Below, piece after piece: positions 1 through 9,875 of a stretch of DNA of 64,000 nucleotides. Each line of letters starts with the position of its first letter. Position 1 is the first letter of the stretch. The notes below the pieces were generated by a model, which saw only the letters and a program-made list of their open reading frames with translations, was not told the DNA's origin and ran no database searches. Origin of the DNA: an uncultured delta proteobacterium (GTDB taxonomy: Bacteria; Desulfobacterota; Desulfobacteria; Desulfobacterales; Desulfosalsimonadaceae); NCBI GenBank assembly GCA_963826785.1, contig CAWGYD010000004.1, positions 64,001 through 128,000 of the forward strand. Reading direction: 5' to 3'. The position numbers and the translations under genes were made by a program.

Positions 1-744
1 CTTTTTCTCTTTTGCCGGTTCAGCGGTTGCGGCGGCCGCCGGCTGAGGCGCTTTTTCTTCCGGTTTTTCCACCTCCGGCGGTTTTTCCGGCATGCTGATC
101 ACCTTGGCCGGCATGCTTTTCTTGACTTTGCGCTTGGGTTTCTTCTTGTCCTGCTTTTCCGCGGCCTCTGCTTTTTCAGCCGTTTCCGGCTGCGGCTGCG
201 CGGCTTCAACCGGCGCTTGATCCTGCGGTGCCGCCTCTGCCTCGGGGGCAGCCGTTTGCGTTTCGGTGGCTTCGGGTTCAACGGTTTCAGGTTCTGCCGT
301 TTCTGCCGTTTCTGTTTCAATTTCCGCAGGGGTTTCTTCCGCCGGTTCCTCGACAGGGGCAACGGATTCTGATTCCGCGGTGGCCACAACCTCTTCGTTC
401 TCGGCTGGTTCGGCTTCCACTGCAGGGGTCTCTATGACTTCAGCCGGGGCTTCTTCTTGAGTTTCTGAAACCGCTTCAGCGGCCGGAGGCTCCACCGGCT
501 CCGGTTCGGTGGGCACAATTTTGCGCCGCCGCCGGATGACATTCGGTTTGATCCGCTTATCCTCAACAATTTCCTCGGGTTCCGGGCGGCCGAAAATCGT
601 ATTCTTAATGCGCTCGATGTCGTCTTCCTCCAGGGTGGACATATGATTTTTGACCTCAATGTCCATATCCTGGACCTTTTCAAGGAGCGCCTTGCTTTCC
701 ATGTTCAATTCTCTGGCGAGTTCAAATACTCTGAGTTTTGCCAT
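1..744 (-). CDS. infB: Translation initiation factor IF-2, N-terminal part (runs off the window start)
   Basis: ATG at 744 reads MAKLRVFELARELNMESKALLEKVQDMDIEVKNHMSTLEE...KRIKPNVIRRRRK (IF2_N motif), then an Ala/Glu/Pro-rich linker; directly downstream of nusA. Confidence 0.93.
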   Translation of the reverse strand, partial: MAKLRVFELARELNMESKALLEKVQDMDIEVKNHMSTLEEDDIERIKNTIFGRPEPEEIVEDKRIKPNVIRRRRKIVPTEPEPVEPPAAEAVSETQEEAPAEVIETPAVEAEPAENEEVVATAESESVAPVEEPAEETPAEIETETAETAEPETVEPEATETQTAAPEAEAAPQDQAPVEAAQPQPETAEKAEAAEKQDKKKPKRKVKKSMPAKVISMPEKPPEVEKPEEKAPQPAAAATAEPAKEKK

Positions 745-818
745 CCATCCCCCTTGGTGTTCATGAGAACTTCAACACAATTTGATCAAACGGGTATGTT
801 TGAAATATTTTAAAATCG

Positions 819-2153
819 TTATTCGATATCGTCTTCGGCAGCGGCGTCATCTTCGCCGGGTTCTTCCGGTTCGGGTGCTTCCGTTTCATCTTCATCCGAA
901 GACTCCGGAGTCTCCGGCGCTTCCATTGCTTCCATGACATGGTCGATCAGTTGCCGGGCTTCGTCTTCGGTGATTCCGATGGTTTCCACAAGATCCTCCA
1001 CCGAAGCCTTGGAAAGATCATCCATGGTGAAAAATCCGCTTTTGCGCAGCCGGTCGGCGAGTTCTTCCGTCATGTCCGGAAGATTCATGATCGCTTCGTA
1101 TTCTCTTTGCATGTATTCGTTATACCGGGTCTCACTCTCCACATCCAGCCGCCAGCCGGTCAGCTTTGAGGCCAGGCGGACATTCTGGCCGCCCTTGCCG
1201 ATGGCGATGGACAGGTAGTCATCGGGGACCACCACTTCCATGGAATGATTTTCCTCATCGATGATCACCCGGGCGATCTCCGCCGGGGCCAGCGCGTTGC
1301 AGACGAATTTGGCCGGGTCCATGTGCCAGGGAATGATGTCGATTTTTTCGCCTTTCAATTCCTGGACCACGCTTTGCACCCGGTTTCCCTTCACCCCGAC
1401 GCAGGCGCCCACCGGATCGATATCGGAATCGTTCGAACTCACGGCGATCTTGCCCCGGCTTCCCGCTTCCCGGGCCGCGCCGACGATGCTCACGATCCCC
1501 TCGCTGATCTCCGGGACTTCCGTTTTAAAAAGGTTCATCAGGAAGCTGGGATGGGTTCGGCTCAGCACGATCTGGGGACCGCGGCTTTCCTCGTGCACTT
1601 TCAGGATAAAGGCCCTGAGCCGGTCGCCCCGCCGGTAATTCTCCCCGGGGATCTGCTCCCGTTTGGGAAGTACGGCTTCCGCCTGCCCCAGGTTCACGAT
1701 GATTTCGTTTCGCGTCACCCGCTGGATGATGCCGTTGATGATCTCCCCCTGGCGCTCGATGAAGCTGTTGTAGACCGCGCTTCGCTCAGCGACTTTCATT
1801 TTCTGGATGATCACCTGCTTGGCGCTCTGGGCGGCGATGCGGCCGAAAGTGGTGGTGTCCATCTTGGTGCCCAGGCTGTCGCCGATTTCACATTCCGGGT
1901 CCAGCTTGCGCCCTTCTTTCAGGCTGATCTGGAACGCGGCGTCTTCCACCTCGTCGACCACTTCCTTGAACTGAAATACCTCGAGTTCTCCGGTTTCCTC
2001 ATTATACTGGATTTCAATGTCGATCTTGTTGCCGAACTTCTTCTTGGCCGCAGAACGCAGGGCTTCTTCCAGTGTTTTCACCAGGACATTGAACTCGATT
2101 CCCTTGTCCCGGCTCACCTGCTCAATTACACGCTTCATGTCGGTTATAAGCAT
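819..2153 (-). CDS. nusA: Transcription termination/antitermination factor NusA
   Basis: FGRIAAQSAKQVI, S1/KH domains, DPVGACVG and AIGKGGQNVRLASKLTGW motifs. Confidence 0.98.
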   Translation of the reverse strand: MLITDMKRVIEQVSRDKGIEFNVLVKTLEEALRSAAKKKFGNKIDIEIQYNEETGELEVFQFKEVVDEVEDAAFQISLKEGRKLDPECEIGDSLGTKMDTTTFGRIAAQSAKQVIIQKMKVAERSAVYNSFIERQGEIINGIIQRVTRNEIIVNLGQAEAVLPKREQIPGENYRRGDRLRAFILKVHEESRGPQIVLSRTHPSFLMNLFKTEVPEISEGIVSIVGAAREAGSRGKIAVSSNDSDIDPVGACVGVKGNRVQSVVQELKGEKIDIIPWHMDPAKFVCNALAPAEIARVIIDEENHSMEVVVPDDYLSIAIGKGGQNVRLASKLTGWRLDVESETRYNEYMQREYEAIMNLPDMTEELADRLRKSGFFTMDDLSKASVEDLVETIGITEDEARQLIDHVMEAMEAPETPESSDEDETEAPEPEEPGEDDAAAEDDIE

Positions 2154-2156
2154 TGG

Positions 2157-2720
2157 TTACTCTCCGTTATAATTGACAAGCCGTGCTTTCATAATATCCT
2201 CATAGAGAATGACAACCGTTTCTTTTTCCAGCTGAAGATGCACACAGTCGTCAAACATGCCTACCAGGGTTCCTTTGAAATTCTTCTGTCCGTTTATGGG
2301 CTGAGCGGTCCTGATCCTGGCCGTCTCTCCCGCAAACCGGTTGAAATCTTCTTTTTTGGATATGGGCCGGTCCAGTCCCGGCGATGATACCTCCAGGGTA
2401 TAGGGCAGGTCCGTATCCATCTTGATGTCAAGTATGTCCGACAACTGCCGGCTGATCCCGGAGCAATCGTCCAGCGATACGCCGCCGGGTCTGTCGATAT
2501 AGGCGCGCAGCACGCGGCCGCCGGGTTCGCGCTGAAATTCGACATGGACGAGTTCGATCCCCTCCGCCGTGCACAGGGGGCCGCCGATGTCCCAGGTCAG
2601 CGATATCATCTTTTTCTGCAGATCGGCAAATCTGGCCTCCCGGGAAATCTTTGTTTCCGGGTGTTCCGAAATCGCCTTGTGCGCTATGTCATGATGCTCT
2701 GTCTTTTTACCCGTTGCCAT
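2157..2720 (-). CDS. rimP: Ribosome maturation factor RimP
   Basis: YIDRPGGVSLDDC and YTLEVSSPGLDRP motifs; rimP-nusA-infB synteny. Confidence 0.95.
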   Translation of the reverse strand: MATGKKTEHHDIAHKAISEHPETKISREARFADLQKKMISLTWDIGGPLCTAEGIELVHVEFQREPGGRVLRAYIDRPGGVSLDDCSGISRQLSDILDIKMDTDLPYTLEVSSPGLDRPISKKEDFNRFAGETARIRTAQPINGQKNFKGTLVGMFDDCVHLQLEKETVVILYEDIMKARLVNYNGE

Positions 2721-2801
2721 CTACTGAAACCCCGATCAATCCTTCAACTGCCTGCATGCGTCTTTCTTGCCGGCTTTTCCCCGGCCCCTGTTTAAAGAAA
2801 C

Positions 2802-2828
2802 AAAAAAACGGGCAATCATGCCCGTTTC
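2802..2828 (-). terminator. Intrinsic terminator/attenuator between tRNA-Gly and rimP (rimP-leader position)
   Basis: Minus strand GAAACGGGC-ATGATT-GCCCGTTTTTTT: GC-rich stem plus U tract. Confidence 0.7.
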
Positions 2829-2896
2829 TCAAGCAAATCCATGTTGGTCTCTATCTGCTCAAAACCGCTTCAACCCGAATGGGCCTACAAGAAAAT

Positions 2897-2972
2897 TGGA
2901 GCGGGCAACGAGATTCGAACTCGCGACACCAAGCTTGGGAAGCTTGTACTCTACCAACTGAGCTATGCCCGC
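2897..2972 (-). tRNA. tRNA-Gly (anticodon CCC)
   Basis: Minus strand GCGGGCATAGCTCAGTTGGTAGAGTACAAGCTTCCCAAGCTTGGTGTCGCGAGTTCGAATCTCGTTGCCCGCTCCA; 76-nt cloverleaf with TTCGAA T-loop and encoded CCA. Confidence 0.97.
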
Positions 2973-2987
2973 ATCCTTAGCCGCTTA

Positions 2988-3016
2988 AAATTAAGGCAAA
3001 GTAATTTTATTGTCAA
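2988..3016 (-). promoter_or_regulatory. Sigma70 promoter of tRNA-Gly/rimP
   Basis: TTGACA-N17-TAATTT ending 15 nt upstream of the tRNA. Confidence 0.6.
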
Positions 3017-3132
3017 TACAAATTTTGGGTTTAAAGTAAGTTGAAATGAGGCGGGTGTCAAGGCGGGCTGAACGGGTTATATCCACAGGCGACGGATATG
3101 GATTGACCTCCGGATGCGGGTTTGATCCGCTT

Positions 3133-3477
3133 TTAATCGAGCAGTGCCCTTATTTCATGCAGTCCGGCCCGGATTTCATCTATATCGATTATTGCCGGAA
3201 GGGATTCCTTTTTCTGGCACTTGAGGAATTTCCGGGCACCGGGGATCGTAAATTTGCGGTCATAAAGGAGATCTTTGATCTTTAAGATCGATTCGATGTC
3301 GGATTTTCGGTAAAGCCGCTGGCCGGAAGGGGTTCGTTTGGGAGATATGATGGGAAATTCAGATTCCCAGAACCGGAGCACATAGGCTTCCAGCGCGGTA
3401 ATCTCGGACACCTCGCCGATTCTGAAATAAAATTTGTCCGGGATCTGGCACCCTGATGGGCTCTTATTCTCCATCAT
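3133..3477 (-). CDS. MerR-family transcriptional regulator
   Basis: PDKFYFRIGEVS...VLRFWESEF...GQRLYR; usual position downstream of pheT. Confidence 0.9.
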   Translation of the reverse strand: MMENKSPSGCQIPDKFYFRIGEVSEITALEAYVLRFWESEFPIISPKRTPSGQRLYRKSDIESILKIKDLLYDRKFTIPGARKFLKCQKKESLPAIIDIDEIRAGLHEIRALLD

Positions 3478-3524
3478 CACCTTAAATCCGGATGCTCCGT
3501 TTGCATTTTGCGGTGAAAATGCGT

Positions 3525-5936
3525 TCAGACCGGAAGCGACGCGTCAAAAGCTGAAATGAGCCGTTCCGATATCTGCTGGTGAAGATTGTTGACCTGTTTA
3601 TCCGACAGGGTTTCCTCCGGCGAGCGATACGTGAAGCGGATGGATATGCTCTTTTTACCGGCGGGAATCGATCCCCCCTGGTACAGGTCGAAAATCCGGA
3701 CATTTTCCATCAGCGCTTCATCAAATGATCGCGCCTTCTGAACAATATCACCCGCCTGGATGTGATTGTCAACAATTAAGGTGACATCCCGCTCTACTGC
3801 GGGGAACCGGGGGATGGCGGAAACAGCCGCCGCATCCCGGGAAAGTTCCACCAGGGCGGTAATCTCCAGATCAAAAACGAATGCCGGTTGTTTCAGGTCG
3901 AACCGGTCCAGTACGTCAGGCGAGACCTCTCCCATCAAACCGATGAACATCCCTTTCGATTCAATCTTGGCCGTGTGCCCCGGTTGGGTGTAAACGCAGT
4001 TCTCATCCGGCATACGGGTAAACATCGGATCGATATGCAATGAATCCAGAAGATTTTCGACCACCCCTTTTAAATCGAAGAAATCACAGGGCTCGGGTTT
4101 GTGATGCCAGGTGGGTTCGTGCCGGCTGCCCGTCCACAGCCCGGAAAGTTTTTCGATTTCCTCCGGCTGTTGATCGGGTCCCTGGCTGACAAAGATTTTG
4201 CCCAGCTCAAAAAGCCGAAGATCCCGGTTCTGCCGGTAAATATTTCGTTTCATGATCTCGATAAGCCCGGATACCAGCGAGGTTCGCATCACCGCCTGGT
4301 CTTCGGACAGCGGATTGATGATATCGAGCATGGACCGCTGATGATCGTCTGGGCCCAGTCCCAGGCGGTCGCAGGCAGAGGCATCGGTGAAGCTGTAGCT
4401 GATCGCTTCGGAAAACCCGCATCCAGCCATTTTATCCCGGATGCGGTCCTTGAGCGACAGCCGCCGGGACGGCAGCATGGTCTTTGCCGATATTTTGGGG
4501 AAAGTGGTCCGGATCTGGTTGTATCCCCACAGCCGGGCCACCTCCTCCATGAGGTCTTCGGGCCGGCTCACGTCCACCCGGAAGGAAGGGGGGATGACGG
4601 AAAGCGCCCCGGGGCCGGTTTCCTCCACGACAAATTCGATGGAGCTGAGGTGATGGGCGATATCTGCGGTATTCAGGGCGGTGCCCAGGTGGCGGTTGGT
4701 CCTGTCCGTATCGAGTTGAATGGTCTTTCTCTCAACCGGCTTTGGATGGGCATCGATGATTCCCCCCACCAGGGTTCCGCCCCCGATTTCGGCCATCAGC
4801 TGCGCTGCCCGGCGAGCCGCCCGGACGGTCCCTTCGGGATCCACCCCCCGCTCGAACCGGTGGGAGGCGTCGGTGTTGAGGGCTAATCGCTTGGCCGTTT
4901 TACGGATGGAGATCGGATCGAAATAGGCGCTTTCGATCAGCACCCGAGAGGTGCCGGGGCTGATTTCAGAGTTTTCGCCGCCCATGACGCCGGCGACGGC
5001 CACCGGCTTTTCACCGTCGCATATCATCAGGGTTTCCGCGGTGAGCGTGCGTTCTTTCCCGTCCAAAGTGGTGAAGGCTTCGCCTTCTGCGGCGGTTTTC
5101 ACCACGATCCGGTGGCCGGCCAAAAGATCGAAATCAAAGGCGTGCAGCGGCTGGCCGGTTTCCATCATCACGAAATTGGTGATGTCCACGATATTGTTGA
5201 TGGGTTTGAGGTCAACGGAGATCAGCCGGTTCTTCAGCCATTCAGGGGAGGGGCCCACCGTAATACCGGTTATCATCATGGCCGCATATCGCGGACACAG
5301 GTCCGGAGCCTCTATGGTGACGGAAGCCAGTTCATGGATATTTCCCGCTGCCGGGGGAAGAACGATCTCAGGCAGTGCGACCCGGCCTCGCACCATGGCC
5401 GCCACTTCCCGGGCCACGCCAATGATGCTCAAGCAGTCCGGCCGGTTGGGGGTCAGGCCGATTTCAAATACCACATCGGATAGCTGCAGCACCTCGGCCA
5501 GGGGGCTGCCTGCCGCCGCATCGGCATCGAGTGCCATAATCCCGGAGGCACCGGAGCCGAGCTCCAGTTCGGCCTGGCTGCACAGCATGCCTTCCGAAGC
5601 CACCCCCCGGATGGTGCTTTTGGCCACCTGCAGGCCGCCGGGAAGGCATGTCCCGGGCAGCGCCAGTGGTGCGATCATTCCCGGCCGTACGTTGGGCGCG
5701 CCGCACACCACCGACAGCATCCGGCCGCCTGCATCCACCTTGCACAAAGAGAGCCGGTCCGCATTGGGGTGCCGGCCGACTTCGACGATCCGTCCCGCAA
5801 CCACCGTGTCCAGGTAATCAAAACGTTTGATGATCGCTTCGACTTCCAGCCCCGCCATGGTGAGACGGTCCGCCAGTTCAGCGGTGGGCATGGACACGGA
5901 AACATACTGCTTCAACCAGTCAAGACTGACTTTCAT
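3525..5936 (-). CDS. pheT: Phenylalanine--tRNA ligase beta subunit
   Basis: MKVSLDWLKQYV, TPNRPDCLS, RFERGVD, C-terminal FDX-ACB domain; 803 aa. Confidence 0.98.
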   Translation of the reverse strand: MKVSLDWLKQYVSVSMPTAELADRLTMAGLEVEAIIKRFDYLDTVVAGRIVEVGRHPNADRLSLCKVDAGGRMLSVVCGAPNVRPGMIAPLALPGTCLPGGLQVAKSTIRGVASEGMLCSQAELELGSGASGIMALDADAAAGSPLAEVLQLSDVVFEIGLTPNRPDCLSIIGVAREVAAMVRGRVALPEIVLPPAAGNIHELASVTIEAPDLCPRYAAMMITGITVGPSPEWLKNRLISVDLKPINNIVDITNFVMMETGQPLHAFDFDLLAGHRIVVKTAAEGEAFTTLDGKERTLTAETLMICDGEKPVAVAGVMGGENSEISPGTSRVLIESAYFDPISIRKTAKRLALNTDASHRFERGVDPEGTVRAARRAAQLMAEIGGGTLVGGIIDAHPKPVERKTIQLDTDRTNRHLGTALNTADIAHHLSSIEFVVEETGPGALSVIPPSFRVDVSRPEDLMEEVARLWGYNQIRTTFPKISAKTMLPSRRLSLKDRIRDKMAGCGFSEAISYSFTDASACDRLGLGPDDHQRSMLDIINPLSEDQAVMRTSLVSGLIEIMKRNIYRQNRDLRLFELGKIFVSQGPDQQPEEIEKLSGLWTGSRHEPTWHHKPEPCDFFDLKGVVENLLDSLHIDPMFTRMPDENCVYTQPGHTAKIESKGMFIGLMGEVSPDVLDRFDLKQPAFVFDLEITALVELSRDAAAVSAIPRFPAVERDVTLIVDNHIQAGDIVQKARSFDEALMENVRIFDLYQGGSIPAGKKSISIRFTYRSPEETLSDKQVNNLHQQISERLISAFDASLPV

Positions 5937-5937
5937 T

Positions 5938-6954
5938 TCAAAATTGCCTTAAAAACCTGTAGTCATTTTCAAAAAACATGCGGATATCATTGATGCCGTA
6001 TTTAAGCATGGCAATCCGTTCAACGCCCATGCCGAAGGCAAATCCCGAATAGGCAGACGTGTCGTATCCCACGTTTTCGAAGACTGCCGGGTGGACCATG
6101 CCACATCCGAGGACTTCCAGCCAGCCGGTATGGGAGCAGACCTTGCACCCCTTTCCCCGGCACATGACGCACAGGATGTCGACCTCCGCGCTGGGTTCGG
6201 TAAAAGGGAAAAAACTGGGCCGGAACTTGAGGCTGGTTTTTTCGTCAAATATCTGGTGCACAAAAGCGGTCAGAATGCCTTTTAAGTCCCCGAAGGAAAT
6301 CCCCTTGTCCACCAGAAGCCCTTCCACCTGGTGGAACATGGGCGTGTGGGTCAAATCCGAATCGCACCGGTAGACTTTGCCCGGGGCGATGATCTGAACC
6401 GGGGGCTGGTACTGCTCCATGATCCGGACCTGGATGGGCGAGGTATGGGTTCGAAGGACAATATTGTCTGAGACGTAAAAAGTGTCCTGCATGTCCCGGG
6501 CGGGGTGGTTTTTAGGGATGTTCAGGGCCTCGAAGTTGAAATAGTCCGTTTCCACCTCCGGGCCTTCGGCGATATCAAACCCCATGCGGGAAAATATCTG
6601 GCAGATCCGGCGGGTCACCTGGGTGATGGGGTGCAGGGTCCCCTTGGAAGCCGGTCGGCCGGGCAGAGAAACATCGATGAAATCGTGTTTTTCCCGGGCA
6701 GCGGCGCCAACCCGCTCGATTGCGGCTCCAAATGCCGCTTCCAGCTCCTTTTTGACCCGGTTGGCGTTTTTTCCTGCCGCCGGCCGTTCTTCGGCCGGCA
6801 GATCGGATACCCCCCTTAAGAACAGGGTCACCTGGCCTTTTCGGCCCAGGTATTTTACGGAAAGGGCATTGATGTCATCCGCACCGGATACGCTTTCCAA
6901 TTCGGCCAGCGCTTCGGCTTTGATCTGTTCAATGGATTTAACGGTTGGGTTCAA
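5938..6954 (-). CDS. pheS: Phenylalanine--tRNA ligase alpha subunit (start uncertain; TTG at 6954 assumed)
   Basis: [30 protein letters not shown] and [10 protein letters not shown] motifs. Confidence 0.97.
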   Translation of the reverse strand: MNPTVKSIEQIKAEALAELESVSGADDINALSVKYLGRKGQVTLFLRGVSDLPAEERPAAGKNANRVKKELEAAFGAAIERVGAAAREKHDFIDVSLPGRPASKGTLHPITQVTRRICQIFSRMGFDIAEGPEVETDYFNFEALNIPKNHPARDMQDTFYVSDNIVLRTHTSPIQVRIMEQYQPPVQIIAPGKVYRCDSDLTHTPMFHQVEGLLVDKGISFGDLKGILTAFVHQIFDEKTSLKFRPSFFPFTEPSAEVDILCVMCRGKGCKVCSHTGWLEVLGCGMVHPAVFENVGYDTSAYSGFAFGMGVERIAMLKYGINDIRMFFENDYRFLRQF

Positions 6955-7039
6955 TTCCTGTAAGCCCTGGTAATAAGTGAATGCTGCTGCCCGGCGGCTC
7001 AAAAAGATGCCTTGGGCATCGCAGCCGTATAAATACACA

Positions 7040-7074
7040 AATCCATCAGGGGTGAATTCACCCGATGATGGATT
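7040..7074 (-). terminator. Long hairpin in the rplT-pheS spacer (terminator/attenuator candidate)
   Basis: AATCCATCA/TGATGGATT arms around the palindrome GGGTGAATTCACCC; U-rich TGTGTATTT follows on the minus strand. Confidence 0.45.
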
Positions 7075-7292
7075 GCGGTTTCGGGGCCTTGATACCGGTG
7101 GGGCGAAGGCCGGATCTGATTTTCACACCGGCGAAAAAACGGATCCTTAAGCATCCGGTTCAGCCGGTGATCGGCTGCTCACTTTTCAACTGCCTGTTTG
7201 CAATGGGTCTCCCCCATGCTCGAGATAAGGGGCTGTTGTGAGCGCATGGTCATTAATCGACAGATTAAGTGACGTTTGGCGATCCGAAAAGA

Positions 7293-7640
7293 TCAGGCCC
7301 CCGAGGCCCGGCCGGCCAGCTGGGTAAAAGCGCCGGGATCCGAGACGGCCAGCTCGGCCAGTATCTTTCGGTCCAGCTCGATTCCCGACTGTTTCAGTCC
7401 GTGCATGAGCACGCTGTAGGACAGACCGTTCATGCGGGCGCCGGCATTGATCCGGGCGATCCATAATTTTCTGAATTCCCGTTTGCGGACTTTCCGGTCG
7501 CGGTAGGCATACATCAATGCCTTGTCAACGGCATCGGCCGCCGTTCGGAACAGTTTCCCCCGGCCACCCACAAAACCTTTGGCCAGTTTCAGAACCTTTT
7601 TCCTGCGTCTTCTGGCTTTGAATCCTCTTTTTACGCGCAT
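7293..7640 (-). CDS. rplT: 50S ribosomal protein L20
   Basis: [15 protein letters not shown]...YAYRDRK...LWIARINA...[10 protein letters not shown]. Confidence 0.98.
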   Translation of the reverse strand: MRVKRGFKARRRRKKVLKLAKGFVGGRGKLFRTAADAVDKALMYAYRDRKVRKREFRKLWIARINAGARMNGLSYSVLMHGLKQSGIELDRKILAELAVSDPGAFTQLAGRASGA

Positions 7641-7662
7641 GCCAAAACTCCTTTATCGCTTT

Positions 7663-7860
7663 TTACCCGTTGGGCAGAAGCAGTCTGATCTCTTTCATAT
7701 CGGATTTGTTGATGATCTGATCTTTTCTCAATGCCCGTTTCCGCTTGCGGGTCTTTTTGGTCAGAATATGGCTGGCATGAGATTTGGAATATTTGTACTT
7801 ACCCGTTCCCGTCTGCCGGAACCGTTTTGCTGCGGAACGGTTCGTCTTGATTTTCGGCAT
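7663..7860 (-). CDS. rpmI: 50S ribosomal protein L35
   Basis: [14 protein letters not shown]...[15 protein letters not shown] at 7860 preceded by AAAGGA. Confidence 0.97.
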   Translation of the reverse strand: MPKIKTNRSAAKRFRQTGTGKYKYSKSHASHILTKKTRKRKRALRKDQIINKSDMKEIRLLLPNG

Positions 7861-8382
7861 AATGTGATTCCTTTCACCAAATGGTTGATGGCGTCTTCTT
7901 GTAAAATCACTTACGGCGTTGCAGTGATTCTGTCTCAGCCATCTTAATCTTTTAATAAATCCGGTTTCGGATTTTTCCCGAATATTCCCGAATATAATGG
8001 ATTGCCCGGAAAAAAGATATTTTGCCGGCAATAAATCCAAACGATCTGTCCGGGATGGCGCGCGGGTACTTGTGCGGCACCCAAATCGCTTCACCAGAAC
8101 GAAATTCGCATTTCCGGGACGGATAATAAGCCGAGTGTTAACTCGAATGCCGGTCTGCTATTAAACAAAAAAAAGACAGATTTCAATCGGTTTTTTTAAA
8201 CCGACAAAAAAATCATGGCGCAAAGAAAGTCGATTATGCGCCAATCTATTTGATTTAAATACTAAATTTTAAATTTCTAAAACTGGAAAAAACAGTTCCG
8301 GCGACCGGACAAAATCCAAACAATCGGTTGCGGGCGGCGGTGAAAAAGTGGTCTGCGGCCATCGGGCTGGCCGCTCAATCGG

Positions 8383-8907
8383 CTATTTGGGTGCCAGTAC
8401 CATATTCATGGTACGGCCTTCCATCTTGGATTGCTGCTCCACTGTGGCAAACATCTTGGTATCCTCGGCGATCTGGTCGAGAAGCGACCTTCCCCTGTCC
8501 GTCAGGGTGATTTCCCGACCTCTGAACACGACGGTGACCTTGACTTTGTTCTTCTTGTCAATAAACCGTTTGATGTGGCCGATCTTGATTTCCAGGTCAT
8601 GGGTGTCCGTTTTGGGTCGGACCTTGATCTCTTTGATCTGAAAAGTCGTCTGCTTTTTTTTGGCTTCCTGCAGCTTTTTATCCTGCTGATACTTAAAGCG
8701 GCCGTAATCCATAATCTTGCAGACCGGCGGCGTTGCCGTAGGTGAGACCTCCACCAGATCCAAGCCGAGTTCCTCGGCTGTCGAAAGCGCCTGCTGAATC
8801 GAAATGACGCCCAGCTGTTTGCCGTCCGGATCGATAACGCGAACCTCTTTTTCCCTGATGTCCTGGTTTATCCGGGTGGTATTGCCGACCTGTCGTTGTT
8901 TAGCTAT
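8383..8907 (-). CDS. infC: Translation initiation factor IF-3 with non-canonical AUA start
   Basis: AGGAGG-7nt-ATA GCT AAA CAA... is in frame with RINQDIREKEVRVIDPDGKQLG and PPVCKIMDYG/FRGRE; 174 aa. Confidence 0.95.
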   Translation of the reverse strand: MAKQRQVGNTTRINQDIREKEVRVIDPDGKQLGVISIQQALSTAEELGLDLVEVSPTATPPVCKIMDYGRFKYQQDKKLQEAKKKQTTFQIKEIKVRPKTDTHDLEIKIGHIKRFIDKKNKVKVTVVFRGREITLTDRGRSLLDQIAEDTKMFATVEQQSKMEGRTMNMVLAPK

Positions 8908-8950
8908 GCCCGCACCTCCTGTTTTTTTTAATGAAAAACCGGGATTAACA

Positions 8951-8979
8951 TTTACAAGTCAATCCGTGTTGGATATAAT
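8951..8979 (+). promoter_or_regulatory. Sigma70 promoter toward the YkgJ/SDR genes
   Basis: TTTACA-N17-TATAAT. Confidence 0.6.
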
Positions 8980-8988
8980 TAACCCAAA

Positions 8989-9017
8989 AATTTATTCTGT
9001 TTAATTTAAATATGCAA
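8989..9017 (-). promoter_or_regulatory. Sigma70 promoter candidate for infC
   Basis: Minus strand TTGCAT-N17-TAAATT. Confidence 0.45.
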
Positions 9018-9141
9018 GAAAAAATAGCGATTAACCCGCCGATTATCGAAAAAAAGAAGGGGCGCCGGTTTTTTTAATCACCTCGATCATCCACCGCCTG
9101 CGAAAAGCAGTGAAATTCAACATATCGCAGATAGAATATAT

Positions 9142-9858
9142 ATGAATCAAAACGAATTTGTCCACCTCGGGGAAAAAGAACCCTTCTGCTTCCGGTGCGA
9201 CAGCGAGATTCCCTGCTTTAACGACTGTTGCCGGGATTTAAACCAGTTTCTATCCCCCTATGATATCCTGCGGCTTAAAACCGGCCTCGGCCTGGATTCC
9301 ACCCGTTTTTTGGATCAGTATGTCCGCATCCATATCGGCCCCCGGACCGGACTGCCCGTGGCGTCGCTGAAACCGGCTGATCCAGTTTTCCGGAAATGTC
9401 CGTTTGTCACCCCTTCCGGCTGCCGCGTATATGCGGACCGGCCCGGGTCCTGCCGGATGTATCCCCTGGTGCGGGTGGCTGCCCGGGACCGGGTCAGCGG
9501 GACCGTACGGGAACGCTATATGCTTTTGCAGGAAGAACATTGCGCCGGATTCGACCGGGGCGGTCATCGGATGGTCGATGAATGGGTCCGCAATCAGGGA
9601 TTGGCGCCCTACAATGATTTCAATGACCGGATGACGGACATTATCAGCCTGAACAACCAGCGGGCTTCCGGGCCGCTTTCCGAGTATCTGAAAGACATGT
9701 TCGTGCTTTGCCTCTATGATGTGGATCGATTCCGGCGCTTGATTTCCGAGCAGCCGGAGCGCTATAAGACAGGCGATATGATGCCCGCTGCAGGAGATGA
9801 CCTGGAAGTGCTCGATTTCGGATTTTCCCTGATGACCCATCTTCTGAGCCGGGCCTGA
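9142..9858 (+). CDS. YkgJ-family cysteine-cluster protein
   Basis: FRC...CFNDCC...LSPYDILRLK...CPF...GCRVYADRPGSCRMYP...CAGF. Confidence 0.88.
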   Translation: MNQNEFVHLGEKEPFCFRCDSEIPCFNDCCRDLNQFLSPYDILRLKTGLGLDSTRFLDQYVRIHIGPRTGLPVASLKPADPVFRKCPFVTPSGCRVYADRPGSCRMYPLVRVAARDRVSGTVRERYMLLQEEHCAGFDRGGHRMVDEWVRNQGLAPYNDFNDRMTDIISLNNQRASGPLSEYLKDMFVLCLYDVDRFRRLISEQPERYKTGDMMPAAGDDLEVLDFGFSLMTHLLSRA

Positions 9859-9875
9859 CCCGAAGGATACGTGCA

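Noticed and set aside
280..320. Tandem TTCTGCCGT repeats
   Set aside because: Low-complexity coding sequence (AET repeats) in the IF-2 linker, not an array
2830..3130. Integrated element at tRNA-Gly
   Set aside because: No integrase gene and no duplicated tRNA 3' end seen
2743..7196. Identical 12-mer TTCAACTGCCTG at 2743 and 7185, upstream of rimP and pheS
   Set aside because: One shared 12-mer among several kb of intergenic DNA is expected by chance, and there is no flanking similarity
6960..7290. pheM-like leader peptide or T-box before pheS
   Set aside because: Only an RBS-less ORF with one Phe-Phe pair; no T-box consensus seen
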